Source of the DNA: Chrysomallon squamiferum
Lineage: Eukaryota > Animalia > Mollusca
NCBI GenBank assembly: GCA_012295275.1
Contig: CM022679.1
Coordinates: 21,638,001-21,702,000, forward strand
Length of the DNA: 64,000 bases
Direction of reading: 5' to 3'
Made by a program: the position numbers and the translations under genes
Shown: piece after piece, positions 44,654 to 58,099 of the stretch
Numbering within the stretch: the stretch's first letter is position 1
Layout of the letters: every line of letters starts with the position of its first letter
Notes under the pieces: model-generated
What the model was told of the DNA's origin: nothing
Database searches by the model: none
The model's input: the letters and a program-made list of their open reading frames with translations, nothing else

Positions 44654-44681
44654 CACGTGACCCCCAGGTCAACAAAGGTCA
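44654..44681 (+). promoter_or_regulatory. Composite element: E-box, everted half-site and perfect DR4 (AGGTCA-acaa-AGGTCA)
   Basis: CACGTG at 44654-44659, TGACCC at 44658-44663, AGGTCA at 44666-44671 and 44676-44681. Motif match only. Confidence 0.35.
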
Positions 44682-45168
44682 CGGATATCTGGTTGAAAAG
44701 AACGGAGAGCTTCGGTAATAGAAATAAATGCATAAATCGTGATTTATGTTGGTGTTAATATTGACTGGCGTTTCGAGATCTGGGGATGCGGAATTGAGAA
44801 GACGTCTAAATATTAGAGAAATGGAACGAGCAGTTAACTGAATTATGTTTTGTTTTTTTTTCTTCTTAATTTATTATTATTTTAAATTAAATATTTTGGT
44901 GTACTGAAATTGTTGAGATAGATGTAGGAAGAAGTGATGAGACAGAAAGAGAAAACAGAAATGCGGATATATAGATATTTAGATACAGATAGACAGACAG
45001 ATAAACAGATGGGTTGATAGAGAGATGGATTATATATATAGTCAGAGAAAGAGAGATAAAGGTAAATAAAGAAGATGATGAGAGAGAATAAAAAAGGAAA
45101 TATTAATAACGATAAAGAGAATACAGAAATTATTATTATTACTATTATTATTATTACTTTTACTATTA

Positions 45169-45205
<37 letters not shown>

Positions 45206-48200
45206 GTTTTATAATTATTTTATGTAAATATAACAGCTTTGATTTAATATTAAATATCAGTTACACAATTATTATAAATATTATATTTAATACCTAATTA
45301 TTATTGTATACAACCATAGTGGACACCAATTCGGTTAACAATTAACAACAAAATATACACCAACCGTCAGAAACATGTGTAATTATCATTAAAAAAAATA
45401 TCACCCTACAAATATTTATTTTAATTTTTCTTTTTTCTTCAGAATAATAACTGGGAGATATTGTTGTTATGTCAACCGCTGCCTATTATCAAGCAGCGCG
45501 GGTAATGACGTTGGGTCCATTCAGCTACTGCTGTTTGGGAAATTCAGTAACATATCTTTGTCTCCCAGGAACAATAGAAACAGAGGCAAGTGTCAAATTC
45601 AGCAATATCCCATCGATAAGCGCGCCAAGAGGATCTGTCTTAGAAGCGTTCGTCTGAAACAAGACAGAGCAAGCTTTTAGACGCAGCTGATGTATTGCTG
45701 TGCGGTTCCGTTGTCTACGGTTTCTGACCAGTAACAAGTCGAACATGGTGCGAGAGAACCGGTTCAGCTTGTAGCTTTAACAACGTTGACGATGACGTTG
45801 ACGGTGAGATGATGACCACAGGGACAGAGGGTATGGTGATGATAATTACTACTACTATTACTACAACTACTGCTACTATTATTACTACTACTACTACTAC
45901 TGCTGCTGTTACTACTACTACTATTACTACTACTGCTGCTGTTACTACTACTGTTACTATTACGTTTACTGATATTACTGTTATAGTGGAAATAGTGGTG
46001 GTAGAGTTGTTGTGTGTTGTAGTAGTTTGGTAACAGCTGTGATGCAGATGGCTTTAGTGACAGGATTAACTGCAGTGATAGTGGTAGTAGTTTTAGCAGT
46101 GGTGGATGTAGTAGTGGTAGTAATAATAGATGCGCTAGTAATAACTGTTGTATTAACTAAGATGTTGGCAATAATGTTAATAAACTTAATACTAATACTA
46201 CTACTACTATTAATAATGCAACATGAACAACACTAACACAAATAACATTCACAACATCATCATCAGTAGTAGCAGCAGCAAGAACAACGAGATAAACAAA
46301 AAAGATTATAAAGAAAAGACCAAAAAAAAAAAAAGAATCATAAAAAAAAAATCGGAAATAAACCAGACAAAAAAAAAGATCCACAACAACGATAAGAAAA
46401 GAACAAAAACAACAACAAAAAGAAACAAAATAACAAACAAAAAAAACCAACCAAAAAACAAACAAAAAACAACGACGATGACAACAACAACAACAACAAC
46501 AACACAAAAACAGTAATAAACTAGACACGCGTTTACGTCTGGGAAAGTAGGCCGCGGATCTGTCTCGTTGTTACAGCTGCAGTTCCTGCTAACGAAATAA
46601 TCCCTAATGGTATCGGCGGGCGTTCTTGTTATTTAGCAATTCATCGAAATCTCCGACTGAAGAATCGGCGATTAAACTGATATTTCATTATGTAAACAGA
46701 ACGTCGAGTTTCACAATTTGCTGCACGCCTCTAGGATCTCTTTTCGTTACGTGTATCGTTAATTATTTTCGTTTTATCATTAGCAGTCAGCTTGAAATGC
46801 GAGGCTGTTCAATAATGATCTTAATGACCAAGATTTCGTCGACCTTTGATTCGCTTTGCGATTCATCAAACGAACTCGAATGGTTATGTTGATAGTAATA
46901 AGTGCGGTAAATAAGAAGAAGAAGAAGAAGAAAAAGGATGAAGAGGAAGAAGAAGAGGAAGAAGAAGACGATGACGAAGAAAACTGAAAAGAAAATGGGA
47001 AAGGCAATAATAAATTATTCTGAAACATAATAAAAGCAATTAATTTTTTTTATTTGTTAATAGTTTTTTGTTTATTTTGTTGTTGTTGTGGGTTTTTTTG
47101 TTTAGGTTTGCAGTATGGCTGTCAACATCACCAGTAGTAGTAGTAGTAGTAGTAGGAATAAGGTGAGAACAGTATCAGTAGTTTGTATAATAATAATAAC
47201 AAGTCTATTATTGACATTAATATGCTAATAAAAGTGGTACAAAATATTAATAATGTATTTTGTATAATAATAACGGTAGTTGCAGCGGTAGTTGCAGTAG
47301 TAGTAGCAGCAGAAGCATGAGAAACAGCAGCAGCAAAAGTAATCTAAGCAGTATAACTGCTATGGTTGTAGTAGCAGCAGCAGCAGCAGCAGTTGTAGTA
47401 GTAGTAGTAGTTGTTGTTGTTGTAGTAGTACTAGCATAACCAGTATCTATTTTTATCGATTTCGCTTATAACTCTTTACTAAATGCTTACTAATAACATA
47501 ACAGTTACGCGATTTAATTTTTGACATAAATGGAATTTTGTTTTTATTTATTTCAAAAACAGTGCTGTAGGAGATAAAACACTTGCAATAGCTTTCAAAA
47601 TGTTTTACCAAAAATGCAATTTTTTTTTTTTTTTTTTCTCATCGAGAAAACTACAGGCAAGATGAAGTATTTCATCTAACAAAAGAACTGATGATGCTGC
47701 CAATATATCAGCCAACGTCTGAACTGATTCCCAAGTTTAATATTCTTACTACGCCTCCTCACCAATAAACCATCACTGAAACATACCAATCTTTTACTCC
47801 GACAAAGGACCTTGAATAGCTGTGTATCTAAGAAAAAAATTCGCGTTTTTTCTGCCTATCAGAGTTCAGATTATTAATATTTTTATTTTATGTTCTTGTG
47901 CCATTTAATATAGCAATGAGGCGACCAGGAACTAGACTGAATTTAACCGCTGTAATGTCTTCTTGTACGCCGTTAGGAATCACAAGGGAAATATGAAGTG
48001 AGAAGTGTTACTGTGCCTAATGTTCCAAATACAAGAGATTGATAATAAAGCCTAGCCTTGTAATGTTTGATAATAAAGTCACGCTCGCTTCATCTTTTTT
48101 TAATTTTTTAAAATTTTTATTTCCCATATAACGATTGATACACGCAAATTGTTTAAAATAAATCGCCAAAATTTAATCTGCAGATTCTAAATCGGTTATA

Positions 48201-48585
48201 GTAGACCCTCCATCCCACATAAACATTATAGATTCTGCACTGACCTTCAAAAAAAAAAAAAATAATAATAATCTCTATTCTCGAATCGAAATCGTTTTAG
48301 AATTTTCATTTATTTATTTTTGTTATTACTATTTTTTTTTCCTTCTTCAGTAATTTATCTTAACCTGGTATACTGATTGTTGGTAATACCATGTGCAGAA
48401 ACCAAGAGAGACTCAGATTTGTCGTTATGACAACAACAAAAGTTGTGTACATGAAGTTGTTATATTCTCCAAGTGTTTCGTTCTTGGTAAATAATTTCAT
48501 TTTTTATTCAAATTGTGTTTGCTTCAAAGCGGTAAAACGTGAACGTTTTTTTTTTTAAATATTATTTTAATATTAGTAGAATTAG

Positions 48586-48639
<54 letters not shown>

Positions 48640-48807
48640 TTATTATTATTATTTAAGCAATTTTTTACTACTGATAGTACCCCTACTACTATTACTACTA
48701 TTATTAATGCTGATGCTGCTTCTTTTATTACCATTATTACTATCATTAATAATAATAAACAACAACATCAAACAAGCAACAAAAATAAAAATAAATAAAT
48801 AAAAATA

Positions 48808-48850
<43 letters not shown>

Positions 48851-48884
48851 AATAAAAAAAAAAAATAAATAAAATAAAATAAAA

Positions 48885-48915
<31 letters not shown>

Positions 48916-49355
48916 AGCATCGCAATAATAAACGTAGTGTGAAAAAATAAAAAAATAAAAAAATAAAAAATACACCAATAAATAAAAAACTACCTCTCAG
49001 CACTTCTCATAAATAATTATTTTTCACAATGCTTCTTTAAAAATCAAGAATTACGCATATTACAGAAAAATATCGAATTATCTCGTTGGAGGAGATTGCT
49101 ATAGAGATCCTGCCGAGCCAGACAGAAAAACACCACAGCCAGCATGCTCAGATGATACGTGGAATACTCACAGAAGAGGAAATTAGCTTTTCCTTCATTT
49201 ACCTTTTTTTTTTTTTTTTTGTTCTTCAAATGAGCTGGGAAACGTAAATGCGACAAGACAGATATGGGGGGGGTAAGAAAGGAGGAGGGGGTAAGAGAGA
49301 GAGAACAATGTGTATGTGTTTGTGTGTTTGTGTGTGTGCGCGTATAATTTGTTTT

Positions 49356-49425
<70 letters not shown>

Positions 49426-50069
49426 GACAGACAATAGGAAACACAGTCAGATAAAAAAAAAAAACAGAAAAACCTCAGATTCCTAGATAAATAGACAAAC
49501 AGATAGTTGGATTGATAAAAGGATAGACAAATAGAAGATAGAACGATATATAGACTAACAGATAGATAGATAAACAGAACGATAGAGAGAAAGTTAGATA
49601 AACTGGCAGAAAGACTGGAGGCAAGAATAGGTAAAGAGTGAAAGGAAAACGCATATAGACAGAGAGACACATAGATAGAGAGATAGATAGATAAATAGGT
49701 AGAAAGATAAGGAGAGATATATCGAGAGTGTCAGAAATAATCTGACATAGAGTGATAATGAGAGAGGTGAAAAAATAAACAAAAGGAGAGTAAGAGATAG
49801 TGGGAAACAAAGCGAGAGAGACAGAAAAAGAGTAATTTCTGTGTTCATACAATCATCAAATATTACAACATAAATATAATTTTAAAACAACAACAACAAC
49901 AACAACAAAACAAACACAACAAACGCAAATACAGTTTAAGAAACTACACCTAAAAATCCAGCTCTCAAAACCGAAATTTACGTGATATAAAAAAAATAAC
50001 AGAATAAAAAATCTCCGAAATTCGAACCATAAAATATATCAGAAACGAAAAACAATAGAAAGAAACAAA

Positions 50070-50335
50070 ACAAAAGATAATGATGCCAGGAAAACGATGA
50101 AACAATAATTTGTGAAATGGCTCCAGGGAATTGTGTTATTGTTCGTTCTTTTTTTTTTCTCCATACAGCTTCTGACATTCAAGGTCGAGAAACAGTGAAT
50201 AATAAAAAAGGACCGAAAAGCACGAAATAGAAACCTTTCCCTTATGAAAATACTTAATAATCAAAGCTGACAAAGATCTGATATTTAATAACCAGTGAAA
50301 ACAATAGAATGTGCAGTCTGTGTATATTTTATAGG
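50070..50335 (-). mobile_element. 5' fragment of a Tc1-like transposon, inverted relative to the copy at 51710
   Basis: The reverse complement of ~50165-50310 matches ~51712-51852 at roughly 75-80% by eye (e.g. GTTTTCACTGGTTATTAAATATCAGA and AAGGGAAAGGTTTCT). It is followed by MSEAVWRKKKERTITQFPGAISQIIVS, loosely like Tc1 N-termini (RERAIG.L.AG.SQ..VA). Confidence 0.65.
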
Positions 50336-51015
50336 CTGCACATTTCGTTTTGTGTGTATGTGTGTGTGCGTGTGTGTGTACGTGTGTGTAAGGGGATGGC
50401 AAGAAAAAAACCATAAAAAAAACAAACAAAGAAAACACTTTAACACCTGTCTTAAAAAAAACGGTTTGAAACTTTCAGAAAATCAACATAATTTAAAACA
50501 TGTATAATTTATTGATTTAAGGAAACAACACCCGCCAAACACACAAATGAATAAATAAATAAATAAATAAATAGATAAATAAATAAATAAATAAATAAAT
50601 AAATAGACAGATAAATAAATAAATAAATAAAAGCAAAAATATATATAAAAATAAATAAATTAAATTAAATAAAATGAAATAAAATAAAATAAAATAAAAA
50701 ATAATTTTAAAAAAATCAGACAAAACTCCCCACAAAACCCCCCGAAAAAGAACAACAACAAAATAAAACAACGAAAAAAAAAACAAAAAACCCACCAAGC
50801 AATAAATATTAATACTGCCCCCAACCAAATGAACGTGTATGTCGAAGAGAAGTCCACACAGTCAGACTGTTGTATTATTAATAAACGTGTGTCTAACGAG
50901 GACTCAGTCACACAGCTACATCTCCAGCAAGTCTAAGCCTTATCAGCACAGAGCGAGCTTAGACAACTCATTTATCTACTAGTGTACTGAACACGTGCGC
51001 CGTCGACATCATTAC

Positions 51016-51024
51016 CTACAGTAC
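51016..51024 (-). other. Candidate 9-nt microexon (GTACTGTAG) or recursive splice site in TARP intron 1
   Basis: Minus strand reads ...ctttctttaattattttctttttctCTAACtctttcttttacaagtgtttctgtag|GTACTGTAG|gtaatg. It has a long pyrimidine tract, a consensus branch point 27 nt upstream and flanking AG/GT. It is stop-free in phase 1. No transcript evidence. Confidence 0.35.
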
Positions 51025-51709
51025 CTACAGAAACACTTGTAAAAGAAAGAGTTAGAGAAAAAGAAAATAATTAAAGAAAGAGAGAGCCGCACACACACAC
51101 AGAGATACACAAACACAGACACAAACACACATAAACCATCACAGATATATTCATACGTACCTACATACAAACATACGTACATACAGACGTACATACGTAC
51201 ATATACAAATACAAGCATATATATGTATATATGGTGGTCGAACATACAAAAAGCATACATACAGACATACATACATACATGCACAAATACAAGCATATAT
51301 ATATATATATATATATAGTGGTCGAATATGTGTGTGTGTATGTGTGTGTGTATGTGTGTGTTTTCACACCGCGATATTTAGTTTTCAGTATTACATGCTT
51401 TAAACAAACGTACCTGCAAACAGGGAACTCTGTTACTTATTAATTATTAAAGTAACGCACTTTGCCGATAAATCACGAACTCCACACTTTAACACTGTTC
51501 ACTACAATGCAACAAATGCGCAGCTTTTTAAAATTAATGTGCATCCTGAGACTGAGCAAGCAAATTGCGATAGCTTAGATCTCTGTCTGTATGGAAATTA
51601 ATAAAAAAAAAAATGATTCTTTATTTAAAAAAAAAATAATAATAATTTAAAAAATATATATATAAAATATTACAGACACATACACACTCACACACATATA
51701 CACACACAC

Positions 51710-53390
51710 ACGTTCTGTTGTTTTCACTGGTTATTAAATATCAGACAAATGTCAGTTTTCATTATTAAATATTTTCACAAGGGAAAGGTTTCTCTTACGT
51801 GCGTTTCGGTCACTTTGAATCATTGGCTGTTTCAGGATCTTGGATGTCAGAATATCACGAAAAGAAAAGGAAAAAAAAAAAAAAAAATAAAAATTCGTTC
51901 TGGACAACACTGTCCAAAAGGTCACCGTTTATCAATATTGAGACATTTTACTCATTTACAACAAAGTCATGATCGCCGAGGACCTGGGCAACAACACGAA
52001 GACAACAACGTCAAAGGCTCCTCACATATTAGAGTCAGTTTAGCATGGACGTCACTTTCACGTCACCATTTTTTCAAAAACATAATTTTCCTATCACATT
52101 TTACATCATCAGAAACAGCAACAAAAAACAGATTAAAATGAGTCCAAGATTTCTTTGATAGCTTTCATATGAAAAAAGATAACGAATTTTTGTTTGAATA
52201 AAGTTTGTCTGTTTTTTTCTTTCAAAATCTAAGGAGAACCTTTGATTGATTTTTGTCATTTGGCAACATAAACACTGAATATCTCATACATGTTCAAACA
52301 AAATATACATATATTATATATCCAAAAAAAAAAGCTTTTTATGAGTTCAAGAGCTCCAGTTACTTCCATTCCTTGACCTATTTCGATACGAGCTTTGTGC
52401 TTTGCGTGGAAGCTAAACTGAAAGCGAGTTACATACATGACTCGTACGTACATGTAAGATTCATACGTAATCAGATACGTGAACAGATTACATCTTTGCA
52501 ACCAGTTGCGCTTACGTCATCTACGATTCAAGGACATTTGGTCCCACTTTGTGCCAGCTCTGTCAGATGCTGGCTAAGAAGGCAAACTTGATGTTCCTAC
52601 TTTGTTCCAAAATCACAGAAATGCAATTTTAAATTGACTTTATTAGACGTCTGGTTTCGTCTTAAAAGTTTGGAACGACAACTACATATGCGTCCTCGTT
52701 GAGATCGGAATGGAGATGAGTTGGTTGTCCAGTACGACAGCTGGGAAGGTGGAAATATCAGCTGGGGCGAAGTCAGTTATAATCACAGATCACCGTTTGC
52801 AATATCTACAAATTAGGAGAAATATTTTGTAACTGCTTTATTTTAAGGCAGATATTTTAACAAAATGGAAGATTGTACAGCAAAGATAAGAGATGTAAGA
52901 TTCCATTTTGTGTGCTCACCAAGAACTGCAGATCTTTTCATAAAGGACATCGAAAGATCTCAAACTGAGAGCTTATTCGTGCAATGTTTGTCAAATGCAA
53001 ACATCCTTGTTCTGTAAGGATCTACTCTAACCTCTCTCTTTGAATAGAGCTCTTGTTGGATGAGGAAGGGGACGACATCTTTAAGAAAGTCAGTTCCACA
53101 ACGTTCGAGATCTTATGCAAGCACTTCAAGATGAATGGCAGATTCTGATTTTATCAGTCCAGTTTGAGATGGACACAGATCTTACTGAAATTTTTTGTTT
53201 TCTTTTTAGTTTTGCGTCGTCTCCCTTGTTTTCTTAAATAAACAAAATTCTGCAAATTCTGACATTTCTGATGGTTGTCTTTTATACGATAAACCTCTCC
53301 CTTTGAGAAAATCAAGTTACTAATAATTACAGTGCGTTAATTTAGCAAAATATACTATGTGTATTGCTCAAAATATGCTTTCATTGACAG

Positions 53391-53392
<2 letters not shown>
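51710..53392 (+). mobile_element. Decayed Tc1/mariner DNA transposon (transposase pseudogene, DD34E-like) with long imperfect inverted termini
   Basis: Colinear transposase relics on +: GHRLSILRHFTHLQQSHDRRGPGQ (~51920, HTH), HDSYVHVRFIRN...ASSVRCWLRR (~52436-52580), VVQYDSWEGGNISWGEVSYNHRSPFAI (~52724-52804; cf. GGGSVMVWGGISY), LFIKDIERSQT (~52935; cf. FQQDNARPHT), NLSL*IELLLDE (~53030; cf. SPDLSPIEHLWDE) and NVRDLMQALQDEW (~53100-53138). The second D to E distance is 101 nt versus 105 for DD34E. 53258-53330 is an inverted echo of 51760-51850. Stops and frameshifts occur throughout; boundaries are approximate. Confidence 0.85.
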
Positions 53393-53427
<35 letters not shown>

Positions 53428-53459
53428 TTATCTATCTATCTATCTATTTCCTATAATTT

Positions 53460-53593
<134 letters not shown>

Positions 53594-54754
53594 AACTCGA
53601 CCTTCATGGCAGGCAGACTTAAACGCTGGCATGTTAGACCAGTCATCAGCCGCAATCATTTCAGTGGAATATCGTTATGCCATTGAGCTGATGATTAAAG
53701 ACCGTACAAATTGCTGCGTAAAATCAATTGCGAAGCTGCCTTTCCTAATTCGCAATTTCCCTAACTCAGTTTGAAGAGAAACATTTTTTTCCCCCTCTAC
53801 CTCCCTTTCTCCTATCTGATGAGATAAAACAACTCTCATTGGAAACGAACGTGACTGACTAACCCAGTTAGAAATTATGTCTGAATGGAAATTACGGCAA
53901 CAGCGTTTTAAACACTGCGAGTCTTCGAGGAGACCCAGCTCTCGAAATCCCCACTGATGAACGACTCGGTGGAGTTTATCGCCGGATGAAGATGATAAAA
54001 TAATAATAAAAAATATAAAAAAATAATAAAAATAATAATCAAAAAAAGTAAAAAAAATAAAATAAAATAAAATAAAAGAAGAAATATCCAAAAATTGCCG
54101 GGTCAGCCATGAAAACAAATATTTCATGCAGTTAATGGCTGCTGACAACTAAATACTATTTTTTTATTTTTTATTTTTTTTGCTTCTTCCGTTTCGAATC
54201 CGTTCTGGCATTGATCATACAATACTGTGAGACAGCGAGGCGAAGACCTTCATATCCAGTTAATAACACTTTGCCAGACTCTCCCTGCAACGTTTGTTCC
54301 AGTACGTCTCATTTGACGTGATGTATCGTGTGTTCCTCGTTATTTGTTTCAGTGTAATGAATCGTTTAATCCGTTTTACTTGCATCGTGTATATTCTGTT
54401 GTATCTACATTCATTTGTCAAAATGTATATTTTAATATATCAGACTATGTGATAAAAAAAATAATAATAAAAAAAAAAAAAAAAAAATTATTTCATGTGT
54501 GTATTTTATTTATTTTTATTCTATCAAGTGACTGTTGTAATGAATATTTGGTTTTGTGTTTTGAAAAGCCTATCCATAATTTTAGGAAATATGAAATCCA
54601 TTTGATATATTTTTGAATGTTTACATACTAGATTTATTTAAATAATTTATTTTTTTAATTTATTTTTGTTTTGGTGACGAAGTAACCTGTGATAATATTT
54701 CTTTGGATTCTTTCATAAACAATGAAAATGTCTTCATTTTGTTTACACCATGAG

Positions 54755-54793
<39 letters not shown>

Positions 54794-55901
54794 TATATAT
54801 TCTCAAAGTGTTATTTATAAAACAAAAACTGTAAAGTAATACAGTGTAATGATCAATTTACTTTTGAAATGAGAAAGCTTTTCTTTTATGTTCTTAATTT
54901 TTTTTTTTTAAATGATTAATATTTCATACGGCAACATCTGTTCAACGAGCCGGTACCAAGTCGATAGCTATAATTATGAATCAACAATACCGGAATATTT
55001 CCCATAATTTAATTACAGAACAAAACACAAACGACCAGAAAGCCGGACTGACCGATTTCTTCATTATCTTTCCCGTCTACGAAAGGTTTACAAGACAAGA
55101 AACCGAATCTGTATTATTTTTATTTCAGACTTCCGGTGCCGGTGACTAACCGGAGAAAGAGACAAAAAAACTAAAAAAAAAAAAAAAATGGAAGAAAGAT
55201 TAATCACGCGACCGCGCGTATTAGTTTTCCTTTTAGTTCGAATGACTATGTAAATACAAAGACAGCTTGTCAATTTGAGGAAAGTCGGCTCAGCGCTTAT
55301 TGTAACAGCGCACCCAACCGCATCGCTCACGTCTTCGTCTTCATCTTCATCTCCAGCGGCCTCTGATCACGACAGACTGCGCCTCTCCGCGGCGACCGTA
55401 AAGCAGCGGGATCGATGGAAAACAAATTATGTTATTTCACGTCTCGGAAAACGGCGAAGAATTAGTTACAAATGCCATGATTCTCACTCTGAATGTCAAT
55501 CGTTAATAACTGAAATTCGGCGCCCAGTAAATTGGGTTGGTCGATGTATTGCTTCTTCTTCTTCTTCTCCTCCTGCTTCTGCTTGTCTCTTAGTTAACAG
55601 TGACGAGTGCTTCATACATTTTCATCTGCTTGACGTCGGCGGTTTTGACTTACAGATGGTTAGCAGAGATTGTTGGGGTTTTTTGTTTGTTAAATTATTA
55701 TTATTATTATTATGTGGGTTTTTTTTCATGTGAACTAAGAGTACATATTGATCTATAAAATTTAACAGAATCTGCTACGTTTTTGTTGAAAAGTATGTAC
55801 ATGCATATATACAAACGAACGTGCACAAACACATTTTATAAACAAATGCTTATGGATTGGAGTGTCTTTAAACAATTATTCATTCATTCATTCATTCACT
55901 G

Positions 55902-55986
<85 letters not shown>

Positions 55987-56336
55987 GACTGTCTCTCTCA
56001 TATATACAACGCATAAATGTTTTTAAATATAAAATTATTTTTTTATATCTTAAGATCGATCCATGGCAACGGCACTTTAATCTAAAAGTTAAAAGTATTT
56101 AAACTCAAACCACCTACACAAAATCTGCAGTAATTAGAAAATAAGCTACTGCCAGGAGACTATCGCATTTTTTCTTTTGCTTGAAGTCGTTTCAGTGAAT
56201 ATATACTTGAATGCAAATGGACAAAAAGAGACATTTATTATTTATTAAACATTATTACACTGAGACAGACTTAGCGACTGAGTTTAAATTGAAATATTCT
56301 ACTCTAGCTACTACAACATTTAAATGAGTGTATGGG

Positions 56337-56391
<55 letters not shown>

Positions 56392-56411
56392 CAACAACAA
56401 CAACAACAACA

Positions 56412-56448
<37 letters not shown>

Positions 56449-57449
56449 CAATAATAGTAGAAGCAACAACAACGACAAAAATAATAATAGCAATAATAAT
56501 AAGAAGAATATTAGCAAGAAGAAAAAGAACAAGAACAACTTCAACTGCAGCAGTAATAGTATTACAAACAACAATAGCAGTAGTAGCATCAGTAATATCG
56601 GCTATTACTGATGATTCCAATGTTGCTTTTTTAATGATAAAATCTCATAAAGAAAACTCAATTCCATGTACTGCAATACTAATAATACCAGCAGTGGCTA
56701 TTTTAACACACCTCACTACAGTAAAGAGAACACCCATATACATCAGTCTAACTGGAACGAGAAATCGCTCAGGAATTAAAAAAAGGAATGTTTGTCTTAT
56801 CATAAATCAACTTTATAAAATCTAATATAAAAGTAAAACATAGACTGTTATGTCGTTTCTCTGATGAAAAAATGCAAAAGAGGAATTCCACCTCCGCCAT
56901 TCCTTTCGATAATATTATCAGTTAGCAACATAAAAAAATTTCATAACCACCTTCTCATAGACAGGTTTTGCTATACATAGCTCAGTAGTTAGACCAACAT
57001 ATACAGACAGACACAGACACACAGATACACAGAGACATACAGACGTACCAATACGCTGCTTCGTTTCTCGAATTTCTTTGCGCTTCGAAGATGTCCAAGA
57101 AAACGAGACACCCCCCAAAACCCCCCAATCTGTTTTGTGTTCATATCTTCTTAATTTTATTTTTCAATTAGCAGTCACTGCTCTCAAACACATCAACTCG
57201 CGTTTTGACCAGCAACGCGGCCACAATTCGGCCATTAACCTACTGTAACAGTTTTAGTTCAGTAAGACTAATCTCCCCAGTTCGTGCCTGCGAACTAATT
57301 GGAAGTTACCAGGAAAATAAGATAACAACACTAAGTTAAGCTTAGTTTCGTATAACAGTGTGTGGGTGATTGGCTATTTCTATGTGTTGGTTAGGCTATT
57401 AGAATAACTGAAGTAATGACGACACATTTTGGTCGTTGTTATTATATAC

Positions 57450-57765
57450 GTTGTTAGAGATTATGTTTGCTTGCAGAAGATGTCATAATATACTGATGGT
57501 ATCATTAACACTTGTTCGAGGTTTGTGACTATGAATTCATATAGTTATGTTATTTTAGACAACACTTAACAGAAATGATGTCGACATTCTTTAGTTGCTA
57601 TAGTACATTGTTAGAGATTATGGTTGCCTGTGAAATATACCATAATACACTGACAGCATCATTAACACTTGTCTGGTTTTATGACAATAACTTCCAGATA
57701 ATTACACTTGTGTCAGTTTTATTACATTAGACAACATTTAACAGAAGTAATGTCGACATACTTTA
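57450..57765. repeat. Diverged ~160-180-bp tandem duplication
   Basis: TTGTTAGAGATTATG.TTGC...CATAATA.ACTGA...ATCATTAACACTTGT...TTAGACAACA.TTAACAGAA...ATGTCGACAT.CTTTA occurs twice in order (from ~57451 and ~57608). Confidence 0.8.
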
Positions 57766-57965
57766 AAGCTTTTTACATTCTCGCTGCACGTAAATGTAAA
57801 AAGTTAACGAAATTTTATAACTGTTGAACATAGTAGAAGATGTCAGTATATATTAGCAGCAATTGTACATTTTGAAAATATTTAACAAACATAATATACC
57901 TTTTTGTCTGTACGTCACAAATGAAATGTTAGCATAATAAATGTTGCACATTTTAATCCCCCACA

Positions 57966-58099
<134 letters not shown>

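Noticed and set aside
56975-57000. tRNA or tRNA-derived SINE (TAGCTCAGTAGTTAGA A-box-like; similar motifs near 1843 and 22170)
   Set aside because: No B-box or cloverleaf follows.
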